The notes under the pieces: generated by a model
What the model was told of the DNA's origin: nothing
Database searches by the model: none
Seen by the model: only the letters and a program-made list of their open reading frames with translations
Assembly: GCA_964625945.1 (NCBI GenBank)
Contig: CAZVDP010000007.1
Location: 6,135-70,134, forward strand
Direction: 5' to 3'
DNA: 64,000 nucleotides
Source of the DNA: an uncultured Dehalococcoidia bacterium
GTDB taxonomy: Bacteria > Chloroflexota > Dehalococcoidia > Lucifugimonadales > UBA1127
Shown: piece by piece, positions 8,616 to 18,853 of the stretch
How the letters are laid out: every line of letters begins with the position of its first letter
Numbering within the stretch: the first letter of the stretch is position 1
Made by a program: the position numbers and the translations under genes

Positions 8616-9425
8616 TTATCCCCCGTTACCCGCAGCTTGCATGGCTAGAGCTTTGGGCTCCACATCAGTTGTCACAACCCGTTTAACCAAATCGATATCC
8701 ATCTCTTTCGCGATCGATGGATATCCTGCTCGCTCAAGCATCGCGCCCAGATTCCCTGACTTGAACTGGGAAAGCGTCCATGACAACGGATCGGGGACCA
8801 CTGTCATATCCCAATCAACAACCACGTTTTGGTTACGTGGACCATAGTGGTAGTGAGCGCCTCGATCAAAGCAATCGAAGGCGAGGAGCTCAATTTCTTG
8901 ACCAGCAACGTCACTGAGTACGTGGATGGCCATTCCACGCCCGATACTCAGATCGCGAAACTCAAGTCCAAACCTAACATTCCCTGCCTCGAAGACGGGG
9001 TCTCCACGGTAATGGACCGTGTGGCTTTTATGGCTTACAGCCAGAGATCGCGCGTGACTCTCGACGTTCGCGATCTCCTTTTCAAGGGTATCAGTGACGA
9101 TTTTTTTGGCCACAGAAGCATAGCCTCTTTTAGCGAGCATTTGCGGCAACCTTTCCTGTAACTGCCGAATTGTCCACCCAATGGGATTACCAGCGGTCGT
9201 CTTATCTAGCATCCATTTCTCATCCCCTGGTCCAATCCCATAATGGTAATGCGGTGCCTGATCGAAACAGTCGAAGCGCAGCAGTTCTGTCTCTGTCCCT
9301 GTGTCAGCGGTGAGTACTCGGATGGTTACACCTTGATCACCCTTGATAACCCTATGCTCAATTCCGAAACTGACAACTCCAGCATCAATCCGCTTCTCAC
9401 CACATCCCATGACTTTCTCCTCCAC
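8616..9425 (-). CDS. Hypothetical protein made of two tandem homologous domains (FDCFD...HYHYG motif)
   Basis: The 269-aa ORF has an internal duplication: approximately aa 16-125 aligns with approximately aa 146-255. No family was recognised. Confidence 0.7.
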   Translation of the reverse strand: MEEKVMGCGEKRIDAGVVSFGIEHRVIKGDQGVTIRVLTADTGTETELLRFDCFDQAPHYHYGIGPGDEKWMLDKTTAGNPIGWTIRQLQERLPQMLAKRGYASVAKKIVTDTLEKEIANVESHARSLAVSHKSHTVHYRGDPVFEAGNVRFGLEFRDLSIGRGMAIHVLSDVAGQEIELLAFDCFDRGAHYHYGPRNQNVVVDWDMTVVPDPLSWTLSQFKSGNLGAMLERAGYPSIAKEMDIDLVKRVVTTDVEPKALAMQAAGNGG

Positions 9426-9474
9426 AATGATTTGTTGAAAATACTCCGCGACCTATAACTGTCTATCAAAGCAA

Positions 9475-9546
9475 TCGGGGCGGGCGGGATCGAACCGCCG
9501 ACCTCCTGGTCCCAAACCAGGCGCCCTACCGCTGGGCCACGCCCCG
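9475..9546 (-). tRNA. tRNA-Pro (anticodon UGG)
   Basis: The reverse complement folds as a cloverleaf: acceptor CGGGGCG/CGCCCCG, anticodon arm CCTGG-TTTGGGA-CCAGG, T arm GGCGG-TTCGATC-CCGCC. CCA is not encoded. Confidence 0.9.
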
Positions 9547-9618
9547 CCAATGGTAATCATACAACCAATTGTAGATACGCTTCCTCACATTCAAACCGAT
9601 ATGGTATCTTGATACAAG

Positions 9619-9690
9619 CGCCCCTGGGGTGACTCGAACACCCGCACCCGGCTCCGGAGGCCGGTGCTCTATCCACTGAGCTACAGGGGC
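9619..9690 (-). tRNA. tRNA-Arg (anticodon CCG)
   Basis: The reverse complement gives acceptor GCCCCTG/CAGGGGC, D arm GCTC-AGTGGATA-GAGC, anticodon arm CCGGC-CTCCGGA-GCCGG and T loop TTCGAGT. Confidence 0.9.
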
Positions 9691-9806
9691 CGATCGTAAC
9701 TATCACTATAGCAGGGGCTCAGGCAGAGGCACAAGACACTGAACACAAGCATACCCCAGCTAGTGGCTAGCTTCGCCCAGACCATGTTATCCTCTATGTC
9801 GAAAGG

Positions 9807-10919
9807 GTGAGTCCAATGACACAAAAACGGGTAGTCGTAGCAATGAGTGGAGGCGTAGATTCCTCCGTAGCAGCTCTAATGCTCGCCAGACAAGGTTATG
9901 AAGTCATCGGCGTTTCGCTTCGTCTCTTCACAGATGAACGACCGGATGCAGCCCCATTAAACCGAGGATGTTGTACAGCTGAAGACATTGAGGATGCCCG
10001 GCGAGTATGCCAACTTATTGGAGCTCGCCACTACGTCGTTAACGCCGAGCGGGAATTCCGAGAATTCGTTATCAATTACTTTCTACGTGAATATCAGCGG
10101 GGACGGACGCCACACCCGTGTATCGCATGTAATGACCGGATCAAGTTCGACTTCCTGCTCGAAAGAGCATTAGCGCTCGATGCAAGCTTAATTGCCACTG
10201 GCCACTACGCGCGAATCCGGCACGAGCAGAACGGCGAATTCTCCCTTCTCCGGGCAATCGACCACACCAAAGATCAGTCGTACGTGCTGTTTGGGCTCTC
10301 ACAAGAGCAGTTGGGCCGCCTTTCATTCCCCGTCGGTGACCTGACCAAATTAGAGATACGGCAATTAGCTTTAGAAGCTAACCTCCCGGTCGCCGGCAAG
10401 CCCGATAGCCAAGAAATCTGTTTCATTCCGATGGGCGACTATAGGGAATTCCTGAAAAAGGAGCAAACTCCTATTCCAGGCAAGATCGTAGATCTTTCGG
10501 GCCAGGTGCTAGGCAACCACCCAGGTATAGGTTTCTTTACTATCGGCCAAAGGCGTGGACTCGGCGTCACATCTGAGCAGCCACTTTACGTGATCGACTT
10601 AGAGCCGGGGACCCAACGCGTAGTCGTCGGGCCGGAAGAAGCACTGTACGCCTCCGGGCTTCAGGCGAGCATGGTCAATTGGGTTGATGGCCTCCAAGAA
10701 CACGATCCTATTGATGTTCTAGTAAAAACTCGTTACAAGTCGATTGACACTCCCGCCAAGCTAATCCCTGATGGCTCGTCTATAGAGATCCGTTTCCATA
10801 CACCGCAACGCGCTATCACACCAGGCCAAGCCGTGGTGTTTTATCAAGGAGACCGTTTACTAGGAGGCGGATTCATTGACCACCCAATCCGCGTAGAGAA
10901 CGTTCTCGCTCTATCGTAA
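9807..10919 (+). CDS. mnmA: tRNA-specific 2-thiouridylase
   Basis: It has the PP-loop 'VAMSGGVDSS', 'HPCIACN', 'TGHYAR' and 'DQSYVL'. The start could be GTG 9807 or ATG 9816. Confidence 0.9.
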   Translation: MSPMTQKRVVVAMSGGVDSSVAALMLARQGYEVIGVSLRLFTDERPDAAPLNRGCCTAEDIEDARRVCQLIGARHYVVNAEREFREFVINYFLREYQRGRTPHPCIACNDRIKFDFLLERALALDASLIATGHYARIRHEQNGEFSLLRAIDHTKDQSYVLFGLSQEQLGRLSFPVGDLTKLEIRQLALEANLPVAGKPDSQEICFIPMGDYREFLKKEQTPIPGKIVDLSGQVLGNHPGIGFFTIGQRRGLGVTSEQPLYVIDLEPGTQRVVVGPEEALYASGLQASMVNWVDGLQEHDPIDVLVKTRYKSIDTPAKLIPDGSSIEIRFHTPQRAITPGQAVVFYQGDRLLGGGFIDHPIRVENVLALS

Positions 10920-11104
10920 TCGCTCTATACTCTCCTCTACCTTGAAGTGTCCGGGATTTCAGCATGGATATCGAAATCTATATCTATGCCATATGTTAAC
11001 CGTTTGGTTTTCATATAGGCAGGTTCTCTGGCCAAACCCCATAGTTACGCAGCAACTATACGGAAACCGTCCGAGGAATATGCCAGTTTTGGAGGAAAGC
11101 ATAC

Positions 11105-11734
11105 GTGGAGTTATTCCCAAATTGGACCGAAGAGGAAGTGCTATGGGCCACGGGATTCCAGAATGTCGCCGGGGTTGACGAGGTCGGTCGGGGGCCCCTT
11201 GCAGGACCCGTATTCGCCGCTGCGGTAATTATGCCTGCAAAAAGCCATGAATCGTACTTCGAGAAGATTCAAGATAGCAAGAAAGTCAACCCAAAAATGC
11301 GCCCTAAGATCGCCGAAGCAATTCACAATCAGGCAATTTGGGCAATCGGGGACGCCTCGGCACAAGAGATTGATTGCCTAGGCATCATCGAGGCGACGCA
11401 CCTAGCTATGCGCCGCGCGGTAGCTCGCCTCTCAACAATTCCCGACTACCTCTTGGTGGACGGAACTGGAATGCCCGGAACTGGAATCCCAGAAAAACCA
11501 ATGATCCGAGGCGATGCCCGTTGCATTTCCATCGCCGCCGCTTCGATAGTAGCGAAGGTCGCAAGGGACGACTTAATGCAGACCCTTGATTCAGTCTATC
11601 CAGGTTACGGATTCGCCAAGCACAAAGGATACCCTACTAAAAAGCACTTGGAGGCACTGATGAGACTGGGTCCCTCACCTATCCATCGCAGAAGTTTCGG
11701 CCCCGTTATGAGGGTCCTCGAGAAACGCAATTAG
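11105..11734 (+). CDS. rnhB: Ribonuclease HII
   Basis: It has 'GVDEVGRGPLAGPV', 'VDG...' and 'GDARCISIAAASIVAKVARD'. Confidence 0.9.
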   Translation: MELFPNWTEEEVLWATGFQNVAGVDEVGRGPLAGPVFAAAVIMPAKSHESYFEKIQDSKKVNPKMRPKIAEAIHNQAIWAIGDASAQEIDCLGIIEATHLAMRRAVARLSTIPDYLLVDGTGMPGTGIPEKPMIRGDARCISIAAASIVAKVARDDLMQTLDSVYPGYGFAKHKGYPTKKHLEALMRLGPSPIHRRSFGPVMRVLEKRN

Positions 11735-11777
11735 GTAATTCGGAAAGCTATTCCCTCTTCCTAAAGCCTGCTTGAAA

Positions 11778-12446
11778 CTACCTGTATTTCTCGAGTGCAG
11801 CAAAGATTCGCGTGGTTAACCTTCGTGCAGCGCATACAGGGTTGGGATCATCCGTGACTGAACTAATCACGGCAATTAAATCAGCTCCTGCCTCGACTAC
11901 TGCTTCAACGTTACCTTCAGTGATTCCGCCAATGGCAACGAGCGGAACTTTGGCCACTCTCCGGACGGCACGTAATGTCTCTAACCCAGCTGGACGAGTA
12001 TTAGTTTTGGTGGCAGTCGGGAACATTCTCCCTACCGCAATGTAGTCTGCGCCCAATTCCTGGGATTCTATAGCTTCCCCCAGTGTAGCGTTCGAGGTGC
12101 CTATTAAGCTATGAGACGCCATGATTGATCGCGCCTCATCAACCGGGAGATCTTTTTGCCCAACATGGAGACCATGAGCGCCTGCAGCAAGCGCTAGATC
12201 TGCGTGGTCGTTCACGATCAGCAATGAATCATAGTTCTCGCACATGCGAGCGATTTCTCTACATTCAGGTAACTGCAGTCCTTTCTCCCGAGACTTATCT
12301 CGCCACTGGAGTATCCTCGCTCCTCCCTTCAAGGCGGCCTCTGCAGTAGCAAGGACACCTGCCGGCGAGAATTCAGGATCAACGATCACATAGAGGCCCC
12401 GTAAGCCCAGATCCATCCGATTCGGACCTTCAGTATGACTCGTCAC
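11778..12446 (-). CDS. thiE: Thiamine-phosphate synthase
   Basis: It has ThiE-type TIM-barrel motifs: 'LQWRDK', 'LIVNDHADLALAAGAHGLHVGQKDL', 'IGGI'. Confidence 0.85.
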   Translation of the reverse strand: MTSHTEGPNRMDLGLRGLYVIVDPEFSPAGVLATAEAALKGGARILQWRDKSREKGLQLPECREIARMCENYDSLLIVNDHADLALAAGAHGLHVGQKDLPVDEARSIMASHSLIGTSNATLGEAIESQELGADYIAVGRMFPTATKTNTRPAGLETLRAVRRVAKVPLVAIGGITEGNVEAVVEAGADLIAVISSVTDDPNPVCAARRLTTRIFAALEKYR

Positions 12447-12778
12447 GGGAGCGGATCATCCGGTGAAATTCCTAAGTCAAGCATATCTTCCTCACCAAGG
12501 TGGCCGCTATCGTCACCCATATCAGCCCGCATCCGTCGCATCCATGACTGCATCGCTCCAGGATCATCTTCGTCGATATCCCCCATTGCCTCTGACCCGA
12601 TATCTGAGAGAGTACCGCCCCAAGATTTCATAATAGTGACACGTGACATGAGACGTCTCAAATTGGCACTGCCACATCGAACACACTTTGGTGTCTGGCG
12701 CATGCCTGCTGAGACAGATTTCACCAGAATCTCAACCCGACTTCGACAATCTTCACATCGGAATTCATAGATTGGCAC
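12443..12778 (-). CDS. FmdB-family zinc-ribbon protein
   Basis: It begins '[11 protein letters not shown]...' and has a second CxxC ('CVRCGS'), followed by an acidic tail. Its stop overlaps the thiE start by 4 nt. Confidence 0.7.
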   Translation of the reverse strand: MPIYEFRCEDCRSRVEILVKSVSAGMRQTPKCVRCGSANLRRLMSRVTIMKSWGGTLSDIGSEAMGDIDEDDPGAMQSWMRRMRADMGDDSGHLGEEDMLDLGISPDDPLP

Positions 12779-12905
12779 GTTCCAACTCCAAATTCACTCT
12801 ATTGATCATTCTAGCACGACCTACATCCAAACCGTATTTTGCCTTGGAGTTTGCCACATACCATGTTACGCTTCCCTTAGCGATTCCACTCCATGGGAGC
12901 AAGAA

Positions 12906-14240
12906 ATGGCAGACAGCACCACGCAAGTCACTCTCGACAAGATTGTATCGCTTAGTAAGCGGCGGGGCTTTATCTTCCAAAACAGTGAAATTTATGGCGG
13001 GCTTGGCAGTACTTGGGATTACGGGCCTCTGGGAGTAGAGCTGAAGCGGAACATTAAGGAACTATGGTGGCGTGACAACGTGATGAAACGCGATGATCTT
13101 GTGGGTCTTGATGCGGCGATCTTAATGAATACGAAGGTGTGGGAAGCCAGTGGCCATCTCGATAACTTCTCGGATCCGCTCGTAGAATGTCGACTGTGCC
13201 ACCATAGATTCCGAGCTGATCACCTAGAAGCGAATGCATCCTGCCCAGATTGCGCGGGCGAACTGACCGAGCCTCAACAGTTTAACCTGATGTTCAAAAG
13301 CCACACCGGACCAGTTGAAAGTTCAGGAGGGTTAGTATATTTCCGACCTGAGACAGCGCAAGGAATATTTGTCAATTTCCTGAACGTCCTCAATGCGACT
13401 CGGAGAAAATTACCTTTCGGTATCGCACAGATAGGGAAATCATTCCGCAATGAAATTACACCCGGTAACTTTGTGTTCCGAACTCGAGAATTCGAACAAA
13501 TGGAAATCGAATACTTCGTAAAACCCGGAACTGACGAGGAATGGCACAACCATTGGCTCGAGAAGCGTCGAGATTGGTACATGCAGTATGGAATAGATCC
13601 GAATCACATTCGAATCCGGCGTCATGGTGAAGATGAACTCTCCCACTATGCAAAAGCAACCTCTGATATTGAATACCTTTTCCCTTGGGGATGGGGTGAA
13701 TTGGAAGGTGTAGCTAACCGCACTGATTTCGACCTTCGACGTCACTCAGAGCACAGCGGAACACGTCTGGATTACTTCGACGAAGCATCCGGCGAGAGGA
13801 TCACCCCGTACATCATCGAACCGTCTGGTGGGGTAGACCGAGCGGCACTTACCTTCATGATAGATGCGTACCAAGAACAGGAAGCCCCGAAAGCTACAGG
13901 TGGTTCGGAGAAACGGGTGTTCTTGAAATTACACCCGAAGTTAGCGCCGATCAAAGCGGCGATACTACCGCTTAGTCGCAACCCAGAATTAACACCGCTT
14001 GCCAAAGAGGTTTACTTTGAATTGTTACAATTAGGCCGGTGGGCCATCGAATACGACGACTCCCAAAGCATCGGAAGAAGATATCGACGTTTTGATGAAA
14101 TCGGGACACCTCTATGCATAACCGTTGACTTTGAATCTATGAATGATCAAAGTGTTACCATTAGATATCGGGACACGATGAATCAAGAACGAGTCGCAAT
14201 TGCGGAATTGGAAGCACGATTAACACAACAGATCGGCTGA
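12906..14240 (+). CDS. glyQS: Glycine--tRNA ligase (dimeric class II type)
   Basis: Matching stretches include '[14 protein letters not shown]...WDYGPLG', '[10 protein letters not shown]' and '[14 protein letters not shown]'. A C-terminal anticodon-binding domain is present. Confidence 0.92.
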   Translation: MADSTTQVTLDKIVSLSKRRGFIFQNSEIYGGLGSTWDYGPLGVELKRNIKELWWRDNVMKRDDLVGLDAAILMNTKVWEASGHLDNFSDPLVECRLCHHRFRADHLEANASCPDCAGELTEPQQFNLMFKSHTGPVESSGGLVYFRPETAQGIFVNFLNVLNATRRKLPFGIAQIGKSFRNEITPGNFVFRTREFEQMEIEYFVKPGTDEEWHNHWLEKRRDWYMQYGIDPNHIRIRRHGEDELSHYAKATSDIEYLFPWGWGELEGVANRTDFDLRRHSEHSGTRLDYFDEASGERITPYIIEPSGGVDRAALTFMIDAYQEQEAPKATGGSEKRVFLKLHPKLAPIKAAILPLSRNPELTPLAKEVYFELLQLGRWAIEYDDSQSIGRRYRRFDEIGTPLCITVDFESMNDQSVTIRYRDTMNQERVAIAELEARLTQQIG

Positions 14241-14362
14241 TGCGAGGCAGCTCTACTGCCACCCAAATCTCGGCTAAAGTTCCTGCGTTGCTCTTGCTTG
14301 TTCACTATGCTCTGGTATAATACCGAACTTGGGCGCGTCAGCGGAACGGATGAGGCACGAAA

Positions 14363-15313
14363 ATGACTGAGGTGATGATCGAAGCACAAGAACTGACTAA
14401 ATACTATGGCGGTTTCTTGGCAATCGAGAACATCAACTTCAAAGTGAACAAGGGCGAGATCGTTGGTTTCCTGGGCCCAAACGGTTCAGGGAAAACAACA
14501 ACGATGCGTATATTAACTGGATACATGCCACCCTCAACCGGAATAGCGCGGATAGCAGGGTCCGACGTGATAACAGATTCCCTGCAAGCGCGTCGACACA
14601 TCGGATATTTACCCGAGACCGTTCCTCTCTATACAGACATGCCCGTGAGCGATTACCTAACCTATATGGGAGCCTTGAGAGGAATGGAGCGAACTAACAT
14701 TCAGAAGCGCACTGACGAGGTCATTGAGTTAGTCCGTTTAGAGCAATATAGGTCAACCCATATCGGCAAACTTTCAAAAGGATATCGTCAGCGAGTGGGT
14801 TTAGCGCAAGCGATCCTCCACGAACCAGAGGTGTTGATCCTAGACGAGCCTACGATCGGGATCGATCCGATTCAAGTGGTCGAAACTAGGGAAGTCATTA
14901 GAGACCTTGGCCGCGAACACACCATCTTGCTTAGCAGCCATATCTTGGCCGAAGTTAGCCTCCTTTGCCAACGCGTACTGATAATTCACGACGGAACGCT
15001 CGTAGCCGAAGATGCCCCTGAGAACCTTGCAAAACGACTGAAGGGAAATGAGCGCCTTGAACTGGAAATTCGAGGTCCCGTCGAAGACGTGACAACGGCT
15101 CTTCGAGAGATTCAAGGAGTCACAAATGTCCGCAGGGAAAATGCGGAAGGGAATCACACATACGTTGTCGAGATGCAGCCCGGCACCGATATCCGAGAAA
15201 CTGTTTCACGGACGATAATTAACCGCGAGTGGGGACTCCTCAAACTCACTCCCGTAGTAATGAGCCTCGAAGAGATATTCCTCCAACTAACCAGCGGGGA
15301 TGAGGAGATTTAA
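14363..15313 (+). CDS. ABC transporter ATP-binding protein (ABC-2 / GldA-like)
   Basis: It has Walker A 'GPNGSGKTT', signature 'LSKGYRQR' and Walker B 'LILDEP'. Confidence 0.85.
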   Translation: MTEVMIEAQELTKYYGGFLAIENINFKVNKGEIVGFLGPNGSGKTTTMRILTGYMPPSTGIARIAGSDVITDSLQARRHIGYLPETVPLYTDMPVSDYLTYMGALRGMERTNIQKRTDEVIELVRLEQYRSTHIGKLSKGYRQRVGLAQAILHEPEVLILDEPTIGIDPIQVVETREVIRDLGREHTILLSSHILAEVSLLCQRVLIIHDGTLVAEDAPENLAKRLKGNERLELEIRGPVEDVTTALREIQGVTNVRRENAEGNHTYVVEMQPGTDIRETVSRTIINREWGLLKLTPVVMSLEEIFLQLTSGDEEI

Positions 15314-15316
15314 CCT

Positions 15317-16030
15317 TTGGGTAACACGCTTACAATTGCTTGGAAAGAAACTCGGACGTACTTCTCATCGCCGATGGGCTACATAATTGGTGGGGTATTT
15401 CTAGCACTAACCGGTTATCTTTTCGCTCAAAGCGTAAGCGCACCATTCGCCGAGGCGAGTATCCGGAACTGGATCGGTAGCGCGACCATGCTGTTTACTC
15501 TATGGTCTCCGGTGCTTACCATGAGGCTCTTAGCAGAAGAGCAGAAACTTGGGACGTTAGAACTACTCATGACGTCCCCGGTTCGAGATTTTGAAATCGT
15601 CGTTGGTAAGTATCTCGCATCATTGGTGATGCTGCTAAGCATCTTAGCCCTTACGGCCTTCTACGCTCTTTTACTTTTGTTATTTGGCGATCCAGACATT
15701 GGCCCATTGCTTGCAGGATACCTAGGGCTCGTCCTTTTTGGTGCTGCGACTTTGGCGGTTGGCGTCCTAGCCTCATCACTGACTAGTAACCAAATTGTTG
15801 CCGCGGTGATTAGTTTTGGTATCCTTTTGTTCCTGACATTGCTTGAGCAAGCTGCAGACGTTACTCCAGGAACTCCTGCTGTTCTATTGGAGCAACTATC
15901 TTTGACCGGTCACTTTAACGACTTTGCTCGAGGCGTCATTGACACGAACAACATTATCTACTACCTCAGCTTTATCTTTGTTACCCTTTTCCTCGCTATC
16001 CGAAACTTAGAATCTAAACGGTGGAGATAG
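15317..16030 (+). CDS. ABC-2 type permease (GldF-like)
   Basis: It is a six-TM hydrophobic protein directly after the ATPase, with a 3-nt gap. Confidence 0.8.
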   Translation: MGNTLTIAWKETRTYFSSPMGYIIGGVFLALTGYLFAQSVSAPFAEASIRNWIGSATMLFTLWSPVLTMRLLAEEQKLGTLELLMTSPVRDFEIVVGKYLASLVMLLSILALTAFYALLLLLFGDPDIGPLLAGYLGLVLFGAATLAVGVLASSLTSNQIVAAVISFGILLFLTLLEQAADVTPGTPAVLLEQLSLTGHFNDFARGVIDTNNIIYYLSFIFVTLFLAIRNLESKRWR

Positions 16031-16031
16031 A

Positions 16032-17774
16032 ATGGTCCATCCAACACCCCAAGAGGAAGAACAGCTAGGGCCAGTACGAACATCGATCTGGGATCGGGTT
16101 CAGTCTATAGCCAAAACTTTATCGCTACCCCTAGCAATCCTAGGTGGAATCGGGTTCGCCTCAGGTGGTCTTTTATACATACTTGAAGATGAACTTCGGA
16201 ACTTCGGCCTGATCCTTCTTGCAGTAGGATCTTCACTTCTATTTGTTGCCTTGCTAGCATCCTTCGTTCTGGTTCGAACGATACTCACAGATGCGCGAGG
16301 TCGCTACGCTGGCAACGCGATTGCAATCATAGTGTTGTTCCTATCGATAGCATTGCTCGTCAACTTTATTAGTTTCCAAAACTCTGAACGATTCGATACC
16401 ACATACACGCGCCACTTCACTCTTTCGCCCCAAACTTTGCAGGTCCTAGATGGACTGCAAGGAGAAGTAAGAGCCACAGGATTTTTCGTGCCTAATCGGC
16501 GTGAGCAGGTCGTCTTACGACAGCAAGCTGATGATCTCCTGTCCGAATTCCAGCGGCGCTCAAACCGAAAGTTCACCTATCGATTCTTTGACCCCGAGAT
16601 TGAACCCGCCCAAGCTACTCGCTACCAAGTAACTCGCTACCCAACGATTGTATTCGAGGAAGTCGGGAAAGATCGCCAATACCAACTTTCTCTCCCTCCA
16701 CTATCGGAACAAGATCTAACTAGTGCGCTCCTGATTCTAACCGGCGAAAAACGCAAGAAAATTTACTTCCTCACTGGGCACGGCGAAAAAGACCTTCTTG
16801 AAGCGGACGAGAAGAGTACCTCCGGATACCGGCTGCTTGCTGAAGGAATCCTCCGGGAAAACTATCATGTAGAGCCTCTCAACCTAAGCCAGCAGCGCGC
16901 CACGCCGTGGCAGGACGATGTCGCTGTCTTGGTGATAGCAGGACCCAAGAACGAACTGTTCTCGGACGAGTACGAGCAATTAGACGAATGGCTGCGAAAT
17001 GGTGGCCGAGCCCTGTTCCTCCTAGACCCCAAGGCCCCTGCGAGCGTCCTGAGACTACTCGTGCCTTTCGGATTACAAATGGGCACGGAAGTAATTGTGG
17101 ATTTAGGGAGCGCAGTCACTGGTGATCCCCGAACACCCCTTTTACAACGCTCATCGTATGTCTACCCAGCTCTAGGAGGCAACATTCCGTCATCCGAAAC
17201 ATCCCGCGTCAATCCATCAAAGATCACTGATATTCTTGATGTAACATTCTTCCCCGAAGCCACTCCGATCAATCTAATACCTGAGTTCCTCGCGGATAAC
17301 AGACAGATCCCACCGTGGGTTAAATACTTTCCACTAGCTTTTACTACAGGAAATAGCTGGGCCACTAATGATGCTGAGAGAAACAGTTTTGGCGGCGCAG
17401 ACAGCCCTGGGCCACATACAATCTCACTTGCTCTAGAAGCTCTGTGCCCCACCGATATGGACAACTGTGAGGCGTTCTCCAACCCCGCACCGGGTGGTGT
17501 TGCAACACGCAAGACGAGCCTCGTAGTTTTCGGGGACTCTGATTTCGTGACGAATCGCTATTTCTCAGCCTATTCCAACTCAGACTTCCTATTGAATTCG
17601 GTCAACTGGCTATCGGAAGACTACGACCTGATTTCCATTCGTCCAAAACCATTCGCATTTAGAGAGCTAGTAGTAACTCGTCGTGAACTAAACTTCATGC
17701 GCTACACGAGTTGGTTCTTCCTTCCATCCATAGTTGGATTCCTAGCCCTTTTGGCATGGTGGCGTAGAAGGTAG
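16032..17774 (+). CDS. GldG-like ABC-system auxiliary protein
   Basis: It has N- and C-terminal TM anchors flanking a large extracytoplasmic domain. This is the typical third gene of GldA/F/G-type systems. Confidence 0.7.
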   Translation: MVHPTPQEEEQLGPVRTSIWDRVQSIAKTLSLPLAILGGIGFASGGLLYILEDELRNFGLILLAVGSSLLFVALLASFVLVRTILTDARGRYAGNAIAIIVLFLSIALLVNFISFQNSERFDTTYTRHFTLSPQTLQVLDGLQGEVRATGFFVPNRREQVVLRQQADDLLSEFQRRSNRKFTYRFFDPEIEPAQATRYQVTRYPTIVFEEVGKDRQYQLSLPPLSEQDLTSALLILTGEKRKKIYFLTGHGEKDLLEADEKSTSGYRLLAEGILRENYHVEPLNLSQQRATPWQDDVAVLVIAGPKNELFSDEYEQLDEWLRNGGRALFLLDPKAPASVLRLLVPFGLQMGTEVIVDLGSAVTGDPRTPLLQRSSYVYPALGGNIPSSETSRVNPSKITDILDVTFFPEATPINLIPEFLADNRQIPPWVKYFPLAFTTGNSWATNDAERNSFGGADSPGPHTISLALEALCPTDMDNCEAFSNPAPGGVATRKTSLVVFGDSDFVTNRYFSAYSNSDFLLNSVNWLSEDYDLISIRPKPFAFRELVVTRRELNFMRYTSWFFLPSIVGFLALLAWWRRR

Positions 17775-17785
17775 GGAAAATCTCA

Positions 17786-18760
17786 ATGAGTATCCGCACC
17801 ACCTTTGTTCTGGCAGTTGTTCTTAGCCTTGTTGCAGGTTACTTTCTAATGGCACGGGACCGTGACTTCACCTTATTGCCCGAAGACCAACCTTGGTTCT
17901 ACACGATCACCGAAAAAGATATTGACAACATATCGATTACTCGAGGTGAAAGGAACGAGACTTTCATTAAGACACAAACGGGATGGGTGTTCGATCGGCT
18001 CCACCAGATCCCAGTCGACCTATCTCGCTGGGGCGGTGTCACACTTCTACTGAGCGGCCCCAAAAGCCATCGGGTATTTGCGGAGGAAGCAGAAGACCTA
18101 GCAACGATGGGGTTAGTCACGCCTCAAACAATCGTTGATATGACTCTACGGGGCGATCGCAAAGTGCGTCTATCAATCGGAGATTGGACACCCGACCGCG
18201 CATACAATTATTCCATCAACAGGGGAGATCCACGCCTATACCTAGTCGATTCATCTTGGGGATTGGTATTAGGTGGATTAGCCATGTCCCCACCATTCCC
18301 AAAATGGTATTTTGACGTAGACCCAGCTCGAGCTCGCTTCGTGCAGATCAAACACGATGGAAAAGAAGCTGAGTTTTTCTTTGAACTTGTCAGCGAGGAG
18401 TGGAGGATTTCGGGTGACCAGAGTATAGCCGTAGACAAGACGTACTGGGCCAATGTTTACCCGCACTTAGGAGGGCCGGCTGGCCTTAAGATTATCGAGC
18501 CAAGCATCGGACTCGACGAGTTCGCAAAATATGGCCTTGATAACCCCATTGCTACCATCAGTGTTCACGTCACACCGCCTCCCACTATAGAAGAAGGAGT
18601 GCGCGCGATCACAACTGAAATTGGATCGCCACTCCCAGACGGCACAGGATATTACGCAAAAGTTCAGGGGCAATCATACTTACTTTCCGTAGATAATGAA
18701 TGGTATAGCACGATGACCGACCTAGTTCTTAACCCACCACCAGCGGAGAAGAAATCATAG
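17786..18760 (+). CDS. DUF4340-like membrane-anchored protein
   Basis: It has an N-terminal TM anchor and the position that commonly follows GldG-like genes. The domain assignment is from memory only. Confidence 0.55.
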   Translation: MSIRTTFVLAVVLSLVAGYFLMARDRDFTLLPEDQPWFYTITEKDIDNISITRGERNETFIKTQTGWVFDRLHQIPVDLSRWGGVTLLLSGPKSHRVFAEEAEDLATMGLVTPQTIVDMTLRGDRKVRLSIGDWTPDRAYNYSINRGDPRLYLVDSSWGLVLGGLAMSPPFPKWYFDVDPARARFVQIKHDGKEAEFFFELVSEEWRISGDQSIAVDKTYWANVYPHLGGPAGLKIIEPSIGLDEFAKYGLDNPIATISVHVTPPPTIEEGVRAITTEIGSPLPDGTGYYAKVQGQSYLLSVDNEWYSTMTDLVLNPPPAEKKS

Positions 18761-18853
18761 CGCTATGTCTCTCACACCATTAGAATCGTCTGGTTACTAC
18801 AGACCCATCTCTGACACCACTGTAACCCGATTGACCGATCCTTTAGGGGGAAC

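Noticed and set aside
9807-10919. mnmA lies 3.6 kb from selD. It makes the 2-thiouridine substrate for selenouridine synthase, so it might be a functional link to the selenium locus.
   Set aside because: mnmA is a universal housekeeping gene. It is separated from the sen operon by unrelated genes and two tRNAs, on a different transcription unit. No selU/ybbB is present, so the proximity is most likely coincidental.
10942-11178. The 78-aa ORF between mnmA and rnhB.
   Set aside because: It overlaps the rnhB start, has no SD or homology, and has an odd composition. It is likely non-coding spacer.
12779-12905. There could be T-box or riboswitch leaders upstream of glyQS (12779-12905) and valS (49196-49367).
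   Set aside because: Neither region has a T-box core (AAnnnGGGTGGTACCGCG-like) or a specifier/antiterminator arrangement.
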